This document shows positions 51,001 to 64,000 of a stretch of DNA of 64,000 nucleotides, one piece after another. This DNA is from Basidiobolus meristosporus CBS 931.73 (taxonomy: Eukaryota; Fungi; Basidiobolomycota), in the NCBI GenBank assembly GCA_002104905.1, contig MCFE01000328.1:1-64000 (forward strand), given 5' to 3'. Made by a program: the position numbers and the translations under genes. How positions within the stretch are numbered: position 1 is the first letter of the stretch; every line of letters starts with the position of its first letter. The notes under the pieces were generated by a model. The model saw only the letters and a program-made list of their open reading frames with translations. It searched no databases and had not been told where the DNA came from.

Positions 51001-52110
51001 GCTTTTTACATTAGTTACAGCAACCAGGTTTCCTCTGGTTTTGTTGCTTTCCCTTCTTTCTGTGTGCCTTTCTGAACTGAATAAAGTATTATCTTCAATT
51101 TTCTCTGCTTGATCATTATGTCTGAGTTCTGCATGGAGAAGTCTTCCTTTGACATAGTCTAAAGTCAAATTGTATTCTCTGCTTTCAAACAAAAGTATGA
51201 GTGGCTCATACTTGTCTGGTAAGCTGCAAAGCCAACAGAGTATCTTTTCTTCATCATCTACCCCAGCATTAATACTGTAAAGTTCTTCTGCAAGTGTATC
51301 CTTTCTAGTAATGAGTTGCAGCATGTCATCATCTGGCTTCTTCCTCATGTTTAAGAACTTTTGTTTTACATAAAGCTTGCTTTATACTGACTTTGCTCTA
51401 AAGATCTTCTCTGAGGATTCCCATGCTGCTTTGGCAGTATTTGAGGCATCAATTTGTCCAATGAAGGAATCTTGCACATTGATACATATGGCATTAAAGG
51501 CCTTTCTCTCCTTCTCTTGAAACTTCTCCACATCTTCTTCTGCTGTTCCTTTGGACTCAACTTCTTTTCCTGTTATTATATTCTAAAGCTTCCTTTCCTC
51601 AAGGTGGATCTGCATCTTGATTCTCCAAAGTTTGTAGTTCTTCCCATCAAATCTCTCCTTTACAGGGAAAATGTTTGTGTTGTTCTGTTTGTTGGTAGAA
51701 GTCATCTTTAAAATAGATTAAGGCAATTGGGGCTTATAACCTGCCCCAAGTTAAGCAGTGATTTGGATATAAGGAACTTATCAAGAAATAGTGATAACAG
51801 TTGAGCTGTTGTTTATTAATAAAGAAGCTCAGTAGTTATACCTGTGTAGAAGTAATACAGCAATAACACTAAGTAAGGAAGGTTTCCCAATATTCAGGAG
51901 CACTCCACAATAGTTTCAGGGTTAGTACACAACATTTAGTAATAGTGCAAATTTGATCCTCATGGTAAGTGAATAACCATAAGATCATAGACCTGAAAAA
52001 AGTGGCAGAGTTAGAGCTATAAATTAGTCCCACAGTGGCCAAGACTAGCCCAGAATTGTTAAGTACATTTGTAGCTGCAGAATGATACCAAATAGTCCAA
52101 TATTTTAACA
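48031..52110 (-). mobile_element. Copia element B: 5' LTR (51742-52110), PBS, gag-PR-IN-RT, truncated in RNase H
   Basis: gag ATG at 51705 (RFDGKNYKLWRIKM), integrase LQSDNRGEY/PHTPQQ, RT YSQIQGLDFKE. PBS GGTTATAAGCCCC lies immediately inside the LTR. Confidence 0.92.
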
Positions 52111-52150
52111 GAGGATCACTTGGGGCACATTTTAAAGGTCTTGAAGAAGC

Positions 52151-52519
52151 TGTTACAATTTAAGAAGTGATTTGGATATAAGGAACTTATCAAGAAATGG
52201 TGATAATAGTTGAACTGTTGTTTATTCATAAAGAAGCTCAGTATTTATACCTTTGTAGAAGTAATACAGCTGCAACACTAAGTAGGGAGGGTTTCTCAAT
52301 ATTCAGGAGCATTCTGTAACAGCTTCAGGGTTAGTACACAATGTTTGGTAATAGTGCTAATTTGATCCTGACTATAGGGGAATAATCATAAGATCATATA
52401 TCTGGAGAAAGTGGCAAAGTTAAGGCAGTAAATGAGTCCTACAGTGACTAAGACTAGCCTAGAATTGTTAAGTAAATTTTTAGCTGCTGAATGATACCAA
52501 ATAGTCCAATATTTCAGCA
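52151..52519 (-). mobile_element. Copia solo LTR with perfect 5-bp TSD GAAGC
   Basis: 369 bp homologous to the other Copia LTRs; GAAGC at 52146-52150 and 52520-52524; it interrupts Gypsy RT EDHLGHILKVLKK/LGANKLY. Confidence 0.93.
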
Positions 52520-52781
52520 GAAGCTAGGAGCAAACAAGCTTTATGACAAGCTACCTAAGTCTGAATTCTTCAAGGAACACATTGAGTATCTGGGACACAT
52601 AGTGACTAGCACAGGAGTAACCTTAGACCCTAAGAAGATTGAAGTTATCAAGAATATGAAGCAGCCCCATGGCATAGCAGAACTCCAATCATACCTTAGA
52701 ATGGTTTCATATTATTGGAGATTTGTCAAGTCATTTGCAAGTTTTGCAGCCCCTTTAACTGATGTCCTCAATAAAGACAAT

Positions 52782-52992
52782 AGACTCGTTCCATTGTGCC
52801 ATTGATCATAGTGCCAGAAAGTGCTGTATATTTTGTTATTAATTTGATATTTTAGGGTCATATGCATGTCAATTTTGATCCCAAATTGGCACTGTATGGC
52901 ACCATGTGGCACTCTGTGGCATGATCAGGCACCATCTGGCATGCTATGGCACTATTGGGCACTATGATCAGCTGAAATGATGGAACAGGTCT
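52782..52992. mobile_element. 211-bp MITE, termini AGAC...GTCT, TSD AAT
   Basis: AAT|AGACTCGTTCCAT ... ATGGAACAGGTCT|AAT; removing it restores the Gypsy frame NKDNTYKW. Confidence 0.88.
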
Positions 52993-55136
52993 AATACCTA
53001 CAAGTGGGATATAGCTTGTGAAACTGCCTTTCAGATGCTCAAGAATGAACTTGCCAAGCTACCAAGCCTAAGAATCCTGGACTTCAGGAAATAGTTTACT
53101 CTATGCACAGATGCTTCAGCCTATGCAATTGGTGGAGTGCAGAAACAAGAACGCAAGGGAAAGGACTACCTAATTGCCTATGAATCCAACAAACTGAACT
53201 TAGCAGAACATTACTTTCCAGTGCATGGGAAGGAGATGCTTTCTATAATACAATGCTTGAAGACATGGAGATACTATATTGAAGGAGCCAAATGCACTGC
53301 GAAGACTGATCATTCCTCCCTCAAGTATACATCTACTCAGAAGGTACTCTATAGACAAATCACAAGATGGAGTCAATACACAGAGCAATTTGATCTGGAG
53401 ATTGTCTACTGTCCTGGGAAAAACATCACAGTTGCTGATGCCTTATCAAGATTAGAACAAGTTGCACTACTCAACTTGGTGCATGAATCAGATTGGCCTA
53501 GCCTATTACCAAAGTACTTTGAGGGCAAAGCCATTCCTAATGAGGTGGATGAAGATACCAAGAAGATAATCCGGGATGAAGCCAGCAAATTTGTAGTACA
53601 GGATGAAACACTGTACCAATTTGCTGATGGAAGCCCTATTGCCAATTGCCCTTATGTTTCTTGCCTGAATTTAAAACATGAGCTACGCAATGGGTACGGA
53701 CATTTTGGAGTTGAAGGAACCTGTAACCTAGTGAAAGCCAGAGTATGGTGGCCCATAATGAAACAAGATACTGAGAAGCTAGTGAAAACCTGCCCAAACT
53801 GCCAAATCAATCAAGGCCAGCCACATAGAATTTCCAAACTCTTTCCCTTGAAGCCTGTAAGACCATTTGAAAGATGGGGGATTGACTTTATTGGAAGACC
53901 GCCAACTACCAGGAAATGCAACCATTGGATCCTAGTTGCAATTGACCATGCCACCAAATGGCCAGTGGCTAAAGCTGTACCTAATGCCAGTGAACAAGAA
54001 GTTGCAAGTTTCATCTACCATGGGATCCTTATGAAGCTTGGATGCCCTGCAGATATTCTATCCAATAGAGGTGCAAGCTTTATGGCAAAGACACTGGAAG
54101 CTTACCTGGAAATGCAGCAGATCAAACACATACAAACCTTGGCATATCACCTCAGAACCAATGGAGCCACTCAATGGTTTAATGGATTATTTGGAAAAAT
54201 GCTGACCAAGTATGCAAATGGAGTTGTCAGTAGATGGGATGATTATATAGTCCAAGCATTCTTTGCATGCAGAGTCAGAGCACACTACACCACCCAACCA
54301 TTGCACTTTACCTAGTGTAACAATGTCAACCAGCAATTCCAGGAGATCTCACACAACCAAAGCTTACAGACACCCTAGAAGAGGAGCTCAGTCAGCAAAG
54401 TAGACACCAGCAGCTGGAACAAAGATGTCAAGAGGCACAAACCAAAGTGTCTCAATGTGCAGAAAAGATGAAGCAGAGATTTGACAAGACTATAGCACCA
54501 GAAGCAGTGACAGTTGGGAGCTTTGTTTTACTAAGAAACAACATTCAGAAGAAGTTTGAGCCACAATGAACAGGACCATTCAAGATCATCAGAGAATGTC
54601 CATTTGCAACTTACCAACTAGTGGACAAACAAGGCTACATCTGGGAAGACCTAGTGTATAGGGACAGACTCAAGCTTGAAAGACTTGCTGATATTACTGA
54701 ACCATCAGATATTGGTGTTGCAACAAAAGAGATTCGGGAGAACCCTCTCAACTTTAGTAGGGGAGAATGTTTTGATCTACCACTTGAATGTTTAAGTTGA
54801 ATCAGTTTTTAGTCAAATCATTTAGTTATGTGTTTAGCTTATCAGTATATTAGTATTATAAATCAAATCAGTAGCATTAGTCAGCAAATGAACAAGCAGA
54901 TCCTTGTCCAACAGAAATAGATATATAAAGTAGGATCTTATTGGGTGATGATAATGCAGTTAAATGAGTCATCAGCCACAGCCTACATTAGGGAACACAA
55001 TTAGTCAGTAAATGATCTGGCAAAATGTATATAAGGAGCTGCTGGACCCTCATTAAAGAACAGTTCAAGTTTTAGTGAATACAATACTTGCTAAACTCCC
55101 TATTCCTCTGTAACTGTTAAACCAAGACTAGTAGCA

Positions 55137-58100
55137 CAGATATCTGCTTTCTCAAGGATCATTAGTTTGTGATCAGTTCCATATTCAGACCAATGGCCTG
55201 TAGCTTACCAGCTTTACTACAATTGTATGCTGACTTCTGTTTGTTCTCTCAGTTGTAAGATGATTTTATCAGCAAAGGTGTTTTGCTAAAATAATGTGTG
55301 TGAGTTATGAAGTATATCCCCTAGATCTCACGCATTCAACAGCAACACTATCCATTGTGCTTAGAAGACCTGGCTATCTTGCTGATGGCTGGAGTATCTC
55401 CAATGGAAGCAATTTTATGCATATTGATATGACTGCCATAAAGTAATGACCTACTGGAAGCATAAATGATTCATCCAACAATGGTTCCAGGTACCTATTC
55501 AAGCTCAACAGTGATGGAGGCCCCATTATCATTGAGACCACCATCAGATTTCTGCTCTGATACTGTAAGATATGCAGCAGACTCAGGTTCATGGGAATCA
55601 GAGGCCAGCAGGATTTGCATGTTAAGTATTTATTTAATGGGAATCCATCAAGTACCTAAGCAAAGGCATCTTTATAAATACCTCTAAAGTAGCCCTTGTT
55701 TATAATGCTTGCCATCAAATACACTGAAAGCAATTGTGCTTGATTGATACTGATTGCAGTGTCTTCATAGCATTGCAACATAGCCACAACATCATATCAT
55801 TTGCCTGTAGATGGATCCCAGGGCTCACTTGGCTACATTGCAACCACCATCAGATTTCTCTTCTGATACTGTAAGATAGGCAGCATACTCAGGTTGCTGA
55901 AAATACCCTAAGAAAAAAACTAAGAAAAGGCCAGCAGAATTCCCTCATAAAATCAGCTGAATTCCAAGTTTCTCAAATCTGACAAATACAATTATGGCAT
56001 GTACTAGCAGTTGGGCAGACAAGCAGACAAATTCTCCAAGAGGAGGCTAGGCCAACCAGGATTCATACCAAATTTGGTGATCAACTGCCTACTACCTCCA
56101 TCAAAAAAATAAATGCATATTTGAGCTACAAACACCAGCAGAGTACTGGCTGAAAATCAGATAAATTCCATGTTAGGGATTACTCATAGCGTTAGTGGCC
56201 TGCAGGATTTGCTAGTAGAGTACTTGTTTAATAAGAGCCCATCAAATGCCAAGGCAAAGGTATATTTATCAATACCTTTAAAGTAGCTCTAGCCTCTGAA
56301 TTGTTTGGAATGTTTGCCATCAAACATAGTGGAAATATTTGTTCTAGAATGATAATGAGTGTGGTACTTTATAGCTTTACAACACTTGTACTGCTTGACA
56401 CTCTTTGGACAGGATATTACTGGAGTATACCTGGAGTGTGTACATTTTTTCTCCTATAGTAGTGTGTTCCTGACAACATGGACACCTTATAGTGTTGCCA
56501 TATTCTGATGAGAATGCCATGACATTTTTAATGCATGCTGGTATCAGGATGGTCTCTTGGTCATATGCTGCCAGCTGCATGATGATTGCCCAGTTGTACT
56601 ATGTATATGGTAAGTTGCATCTTGAAATGATTCTGACACCAAGTAGTAAGTCCTTAAAGCCCCTGTTACTGACATTAGGGGGAACACACCACTTCTCTAT
56701 CAACAGCTTCACATCATTAGCCAGTGGATAGATTACTGGGCTCACTTGCCTCCATTAGGTATTCTGGATATTTTTCTCTGCAGTTATGGTTTCATTACGT
56801 ATTAGGATTTTGGTTGGCTCATGAGGTTTTCTTGGCCTTTTTTGCTGCAGGTGTTGTCTTATTTTATACTGGGATCTTGGCAGGTACATGCATGGTATTG
56901 TTGTTAGGGGAAACTGGCTCAAAATCCACTGGTGAGCCTTCTGCTTCAGAGCTACAGCACTGCATGCCATTTTTAGAAGCCTGAGGTGAGCCTAAAGGCA
57001 TTATAAGCTCACCTGATGCAGTATATGCAGGTGCCAAGTATGGCTAGTTACCAATATAGAAGTATCAATTGGCCAGAAAGACATTGTTGGTATGATAATG
57101 GCTGCTATATGGTCAAAAATGACTTGTATAGCAAAACACTCTCTGTGATCATTGTAACACCTCTAATGCTGCCGGCATACCTCATGGCTGAGAGAATTTT
57201 TGTAATAGCCACATAGTCACTTACTCTTCTGTTATGGTGTTGAACCAATGTAGTTGTTTACAAGGGGCAGACAGTTTGACACTCAATAACACAATGCTAT
57301 TTTCTCACCATTATCAATACTCATTTGAGTTTAAGGCAGACTTTTATTTGGGACATAAAGCCCACATTAGTGTGGACATAATGATGACTTGCCACAGTAA
57401 GCCTTATAAATCTTGCAGTGGCTCTGTAAGCCCACATATATGTAGAAGTATTTTCCCTTTGGTTTGACCTACTTCCATATATATGCTGCTAAAGCTAAAG
57501 CAAAGTTGTCTGGTTCCCAACTAAACCCTCCTGCTGACAGCAGCAGAAGAATGGATGGACAATGGCTTGCATTGACATTTAAGTGCAACAAGCAGAGGTA
57601 CATCCAAAAAAGACCGTGTGGACAGTGTGCCCGCTGAAGGTATTAATGCATACTCCTCAGACTCTCAGTGAAGTAGGCAAATGACAATTTCTGCAGGGCT
57701 GCTGGCTGACCATAATGCTAAAGTGAATGGGAATGTAGCAAGCTGAGTACCTTTGGTTGAGGACCTGCAAGTGGCCATCATGACATCACTACCACTAGGA
57801 TTTGTATTGGCAAGTATGTTGTCAGCTCATACCATAGCATTTATGAGGCAATTAGTAGCAGTGGCTGATAAAATAGATGCAATGGCCCAGGGAAATCAGT
57901 ACACAGTCCTGAGACCGGATTAGTAGATGATCTGTGTAGTGTAATCAGTACCCCATGAGAATTATCCTGGATTCTGGAAAGCAAACAGATTTTGTGCCAG
58001 CAGTGACTTGCCAAGAAAGCAACTTAACTATAGCTGAAACTATTAAAGGCAGAAGAACATGGGTGCCAGGGCTACAAGCCATTTGCTTTCTCAAGGGCAC

Positions 58101-59640
58101 ATCACAAGCAGGGCTGAAAGCTCTATACAGGCAGCAAAGGAATGTCTTGTAGCCAGAAGATTGCTACTAAGAGACAGGTAAGCAGAAACAGATATATAAG
58201 TGCAGCATTTCACAGGGAGAAAATGTGGTTCCATATAAGGAATATTCAGCAGCAGCAGCAGTGAAGGAGTTTACTGTGATAAGTATCTACAACTTTTTCA
58301 GCAGCCCATTACAAGCATGGCTGTAAGTTCCAGACAAGCCACAAAGACACAACAGGTTGCCAGCAGAGTGCTGGCAAGCACCAAGCAGGTTGAAATGGAT
58401 GCACCAGTGTTGTATTCATTAAGAAGAAAACAAAGCCCAATACATGAAGCACTTGGTCACAGTAACATGGGAGGACTAGATAATGATAAGCCCATGGCTT
58501 TCACAGCAACTCATCACAAGCAGGGCTGATAGTTCCAAGCAGGCAGGAAAGAAACTTCAGGTTGCCTGAATAGTGCTGGCAAGGGACAAGCAGGCAAAAA
58601 CTGATGCATCAGTGCAGTATTCATCAAGGAGAAGACATAATATAATACAAGAAGCACACAATCAAAGTAGCAGAAATAGACTTGGCAATGGATAAGGTAA
58701 AGATAAACAGAAAAGAGCCATCCAAGCCAGAGACATGGAAGAAAAAGCAGCAGTTCTCACCAACAAATGCTCTCAGCCCTCAACAGGCTGAATCTCATCA
58801 TAGCCAAAAAAATCACCAACAAGACAAAAACTGTTTTCTCAAGAGTTCCAAGTGCAGGCAGTTGGGTTATATTCCTGTGAGGTAGATGAGTTTGCACAGA
58901 AAAGCAATTTGTCCACTACTGCCTCTATGTCCTCCATTGTAGGCCAAGCAGATATCTCACTAACAAGCAAAGCAACAACCTCGAAAAGTAAAAACATAAT
59001 TACATTCCCTAAAGTAGAATTTTAGAATATTGAAAGGCACACCAAGAGGTTGCAGCATTACTCAACAGCAGTGCTGAGGAAAATGCACTTGAATGTTGTA
59101 AGGATTTATTGTGAAGACTTGTAGATAAGATGCTAGACCTTGCAGTGCCAGCTGAAGACCAGGATATATGGGAACCAGTGAATGAAAAGTGGCATAAAGT
59201 CACAGGGTTCCCTCCAAAGTTGTAAAATAAGGGTGTGACAGCAGTAATACATATTGGATGATTGATTTTAATATAGTTACTTGATGAATGCAGTTTTGGT
59301 CCTAATGTTGTTGTTGGGTATAGAGACTTGCATAGGTCAACACAATGGTAATTGAGGTTCAACTAAAGTTTCAGTGGTAACAAATCAATTTATATGCATG
59401 AAAAGCAAGAAGCATTTGATTACATTTCAGTTGTTGTTCTGTTATACTCTGTCAGGGCATGCAGCACAATCCATGGCTATTAAAGTCAACCAGGTGCAAT
59501 GCTGTAAATATCAGTGAGCTAGACTACTCTTAGAGAATATTGCACTATGTGAACTAATCTCACAATCTATAGAACAATCTCACATAAGGTTTGTACAGAT
59601 GATTATGGCAACTTGTAGTGTTTGCATCACTAGCACACTT
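55137..59640. mobile_element. Remainder of the CACTA-like copy split by Gypsy: transposase (minus, to about 57290) and ORF-A (plus, from about 57482)
   Basis: Collinear with 39190-40300 and 35100-37750; many stops; internal duplication near 55800. Confidence 0.75.
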
Positions 59641-59646
59641 AGATAC

Positions 59647-62600
59647 TGTTGCAACTTAAGAAGTGATTTGAAGATAAGGAACTTGTCAAGAATTAGTGCC
59701 AATAGTCGAACTGTTATTTAGTCAAAAAGAGCGCAGTATTTGGACCTTTCTAGAAGTAATATAGTTGTAGCACCAAGTAAGGAGTGTTTTGCAACATTCT
59801 GGAGCACTCTGTAACAGCTTCTGGATTAGCATGTAATGTTTGGTAAAAGTGCTAAATTGATCGTGAGTGTAGGGGATTAATCCTAGGATCAAAGATATGA
59901 AGAAAGCAGCAAAGTTAGGGTTGTAAATTAGTCCTACAGTGACTAAGACTAGTCCAGAATTGTAAATAAGTAAGTCTTTGGCTGCTAAATGACACCAAAT
60001 AGTCCAATATTTCAACACTCCCCCTTATCTTAGTAAGTTCTTAATCCTTATTCCTCTCTGATATTCTCAAATCTTGTCTTAGCTAGTAGTTTTTTTAATA
60101 TATCTGCCACCATTTGTTGGTTACGCAGAAAACCAACTCTACTAAGTTATTTTCTACAGCATCCCTGACAAAGTGTGTTTATCTATATGCTCAGTTCTTG
60201 CATGATTAGTGGGACGCCTAGCTAATGAATTACCACTGAGATTATCCTTGTAAATATATGTTAGTTTGTCTGAATTAAAACTTAAGCCACTGAATAATTT
60301 ATGCAGCCATATAGCCTCTTTAGTTGCTTGATAAGCAGCCATATATTCAGCTTTGGTTGTAGATAAGGCTATAGTTGGTGTTTCTTGTAACTGCAAGCAA
60401 TAGCTGAACCAGTATAAACAAATGTATATTCAGTGTTAGAGCCCCTGTCAATCAGATCCCTACCCCAATCCAAATAACTATAGCAATAAAATACTTGCCC
60501 ATCTGCTGCTCCAGAGTACTACAGTATCATACTTATAGTACCTTATGGATATCTGAGAATCCACCTCTCTATTATAATCAGGTCTGATCCATAATTCTAC
60601 ATGAATTGACAGCCTATTACAACTGCCACTGCAATATCTGGACATATGGACACCATTGAGTACATCAAGATACCAACCATTGATTGTTACAAAGTTTGGG
60701 TCTATATTTGGGATGTCTTTTCCCAAAATGGCCAAGATTTACTAATTTTCAAGTTATTGTTCATAGGGATAGCTGCAGGCTTGCAATCTCCCATTTTGAA
60801 GCATTAAAGAGTGTCCCCAGTGTACTAACACTGATTTAGCAAAATATCTGCATAGGTAGGCTAAATACAACTTCAATTCCAAGAAAATAGCTCAATTTTC
60901 CAATAAATATCTTCTCAAACTTGCTGAAGAGATCCAATTTTGCCTGTTGAAGTGCCTCCTGTTTACTTGTAGCTATTATTAGGTTGTCCATATAAAGAAC
61001 TAGGATGATCACACCTCTTGTAAGCTGTATTTTGTACTACATATAGGCCTCATTTCCTCTAGATATGTGTCAATCCTTTTAAGCCAGGCTCTAGGCTCCT
61101 GCTAAAACCCAAACAACAATTTCCCAAGTCTGTACATCTTTGGTGAGCCTTTTGGAGTAGTAAAACCTTCTGGTTGCTCCATATATATAGTATCTTGCAG
61201 AACCCTAATTAGAAAGGCTGTTTTGATGTCCATTTGGTGTAAATCTAGACTGTGTATGCTGCCAGGACTAGTACAGTCCTAATGGAGTTAAACTTGGCAA
61301 CCGGAGCAAATGTTTCCTCACAGTCTAGTCCCTGGATCTAAAAATAGCCTTTTGCCACTAATCTAGCCTTGTACTTATCAATGGTACCATTAGAAGCTAT
61401 CTTAGTCTTATAGACCCATCAGCATCATATTGTTTCTCCCATTTGGAAAGTCTACCAGCTCCCACATTTTTGCTTTGATCAGTGATTGATACTCCTCCTG
61501 CATGACTTCTTGCCCCATGGTGGCATCTGAACCTTGTATTGCCTGTTCCAGATTCTGAAGTTTAGAACATAAGGCAAGACAAGCACCATCATGATCATTG
61601 GATGTCCAGCACCAGGATCCTGGTGCATTTCTTATTCAGGTAGGTCTCCTAACTGGGATAATCTGCTCTGATCTGGAACTGTTTGAATTATCTTCTGTAT
61701 CTAGTTGAATTAGGTATGTATCTTCATTGGTGTTGATTGCATCATCTGGCAGCTGGCCAATGATTTCAGTGGCTTTCTGATCTGATTTCTCCTTGAATAA
61801 GATGTCCCTGTACTTAATCAGCTTCTGATTTACCACTTTGCATTCAATACCCTACAGTGTCATCACAATACCCAACAAGGAACCCTTTCCACTCCTTGGT
61901 TACCACTTTGAGAGTTTGTTGTCATCAATGTGATAAAAGACATCACTGCCAATGATCCTGAAGTGCTGGAGGTCTGGTTTTTTGCCTGTATATGCTTTAA
62001 ATGCGTGAAGACTTGTGTAGTGCTGTTGTTGGCCATCTATTCCTGATGTGTACCCTGGTAGCAACAGATTGAGCCAGAAAATTTCTAGTACATTCCCTTA
62101 TCATTTAGCATAGATTCACCATCTATGCTATTGCTCTATTTGCAGGTTCTACTACTCCATTTTGCTGTGGAGTATGTGGAACAGAGGTCTGTTGAACTAT
62201 ACCAGTAAATGAGCGCTATTTTACAGGCTTCAATAAGCAGTATTCCCCTACATTGTCACTTTGAGGTACCTACAATTTACACCCATTCTGTGTTTTTGCC
62301 ATGTTCTTGAAGGGCTTATCTCTTGGATCCAAAAGACAGTGATCTCATGGGGCTGCCTATATCTGAGTGTTCAATAGCCAATGTTTGGTGGTGTTAATGC
62401 CTCCCAAGCTCTTAAAACATTGCTTAGCTTGTTTGCCATATGAACATCCCTTACTGACATTGAACTTGATTGGAATTGAGTAATTTTGGCCCAAAACAAG
62501 CTGACCTTTCACAAATTGGCTCATATTCTGTTCCCCAATGTGTCCCAGCCTCCTATGCTATGTCTCCCAGTTAGTGCATCAGTCTCAGCGGTGTTGACAT

Positions 62601-62995
62601 AGCGACGTACAATGATCTTGCATTGTAACTTGTATATACTATGATATCTGATCTTGAAAGCTAGTTTTAGTCCATTTACCATTACTGCTGAGCAGCACAG
62701 CTTGGTAAAGACAAATTTCAGTCTCTGTGTCTTTGCTTTACTAGCTGAGGGTAGATTCTTAGCTACTCCAGGCACACAGGATATGTCAGTCAGCTTTGCA
62801 GTTGTGGCCCCTGAGATATCAATCATATTTAGTGGCATAGACCTAATGGTGGTAGCTTCTAGTAAAGAGTTGTCTCATAGATAAACCTTCCTTACAGGAA
62901 TAGTTTTTAAGTTACTGAACCAATCCTTTATATCACAAAAATGCAGTGATCCTCCAGAGTCAATATACAATTCATTGCTTTGGTTATTTGCACTC
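59647..62995 (-). mobile_element. Copia element C: 3' LTR (59647-60017), PPT, RNase H-RT-IN-PR, truncated in gag
   Basis: LTR homologous to 52151-52519; PPT AGGGGGAG adjacent; ALSTTKAEYMAA and ARTEHID motifs; collinear with Copia B. Confidence 0.88.
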
Positions 62996-62999
62996 TACT

Positions 63000-64000
63000 G
63001 AATTGCATGCATTGACAAGGTATTTGGTGCTCTTGTCAAGGGTGTTGGCATAGATTGAACTGAAGTGTGCTAGCCACTGGCATTGCATAGGATGGTAAGG
63101 AATCCAGTACAGTATGCTGGCATTAACCAGACCTAGCTGTACACAGTCTGTATACTTGTTCTCAAAGCTTACCACTTAATTCTTCACAGCATTCACTTGC
63201 ACTCTATCTGATACTTTAGAACTGTTGCCTTGATGAGTTTAGTATGATTCAGCTACAAGCCAGCAGCTTGGGCTTACTGACTGTCTGTCCAATCTTATAG
63301 TGGAATTGTACTGGCTTTTTTTTCAATTTTTTTGCCATACAAAGTAAAAAACTCTACAGTATTTTAGCAGACTTTCAACAGAAATTTATGGCATCTTGAC
63401 TGTCTTCATGAGCTCTTTATTTACTTAAGTGCACCAAGCAAGCCAATACATCTATCTGCCTTATATGGTTTACACATTAAACATCAATACTGTCCATTGT
63501 GCCTAGAAAAGCTATCTATCTGGCTGATGGCTGGATATCTCCAGTACACAAAATAATATGCACTTTGATATGATGGCCATTCAGTAGTATACTGCTGGAA
63601 TATATTGGAGATGTTTGCACTTGAGTGTTACTCAGTGCTGTACTTCAAAGCTTTACAATATTTGTTTCACAGCATAAGCTTTCTTAGATGGCTATTACTA
63701 AAATACGCTGAGATTAGCTGGACTCATGCTGGGTACTGTTGTTAAGGTAGATAGGCTCACAATCCATCAGTGCACCTTCTACTTCAGAGCTATTGCACTA
63801 CAAGCCATATTGAGAAGGTTGAGTTGAGCCTAAAGGTGTCACAAATTCACCTGGCATACTTTGCGCAAGGTGAAAAATATGGCTTGGTGCCAGTATAAAA
63901 GCCTCAAGTGGCTGGCAAGATATTGTTGGTATTATAGTGAATTATGAATGGTCAAATATGACTTATACAGCAAAGCACTGTTGGTGCTCCTTGTGATACT
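63000..64000 (-). mobile_element. Further decayed CACTA transposase fragments
   Basis: 63480-63600 matches 39410-39540 and 55340-55460; 63720-64000 matches 35060-35340. Confidence 0.65.

Larger units (their letters stand above)
43932..55136 (+). mobile_element. Decayed Ty3/Gypsy LTR retrotransposon hosting nested Copia and MITE insertions
   Basis: TG...CA LTRs at 43932-44297 and 54768-55136; PBS TGGTAGCAG at 44299; PPT AGGGGAGAA before the 3' LTR. Order gag, CCHC remnant, protease (NDSGA), RT (SPWGASVLFV, CIDYRA ... EYLGHIV), RNase H, integrase (FERWGIDFIG). Confidence 0.92.

Overview
Eukaryotic DNA, most likely an early-diverging fungus. This is an inference from short 50-75 bp GT-AG introns with CTAAC/CTGAC branch sites, a UBE2E-type E2 and proteinase K-like subtilisins. 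The window has two sharply different halves. (1) About 1-32 kb is gene-rich and CpG-normal: a catalase pseudogene, an intronless cytochrome P450, a tandem NmrA/isoflavone-reductase-like array (3 intact genes plus remnants), class 2 DHODH, an uncharacterised single-pass membrane protein, a UBE2E-like E2, a 705-aa secreted Tyr/Lys/Pro octapeptide-repeat protein, PIF1, three small secreted proteins, an F-box/LRR protein and a subtilisin flanked by two partial duplicates. (2) About 32-64 kb is almost CpG-free and made of decayed, nested transposons: several two-gene CACTA/En-Spm-like copies, one Ty3/Gypsy element, three Ty1/Copia bodies, a solo LTR and a MITE/foldback family with AGAC...GTCT ends. 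Best leads: a candidate fungal Tyr/Lys-rich adhesive protein; a subtilisin duplicate cut at the pro/mature boundary that could encode a stand-alone I9 inhibitor beside its target; a small TIR family with a 3-bp AAT target duplication and 10-bp-phased subterminal motifs; and a spaced GCGGASAAA direct repeat conserved in all three NmrA promoters. Exon coordinates were derived by eye and no database searches were run.
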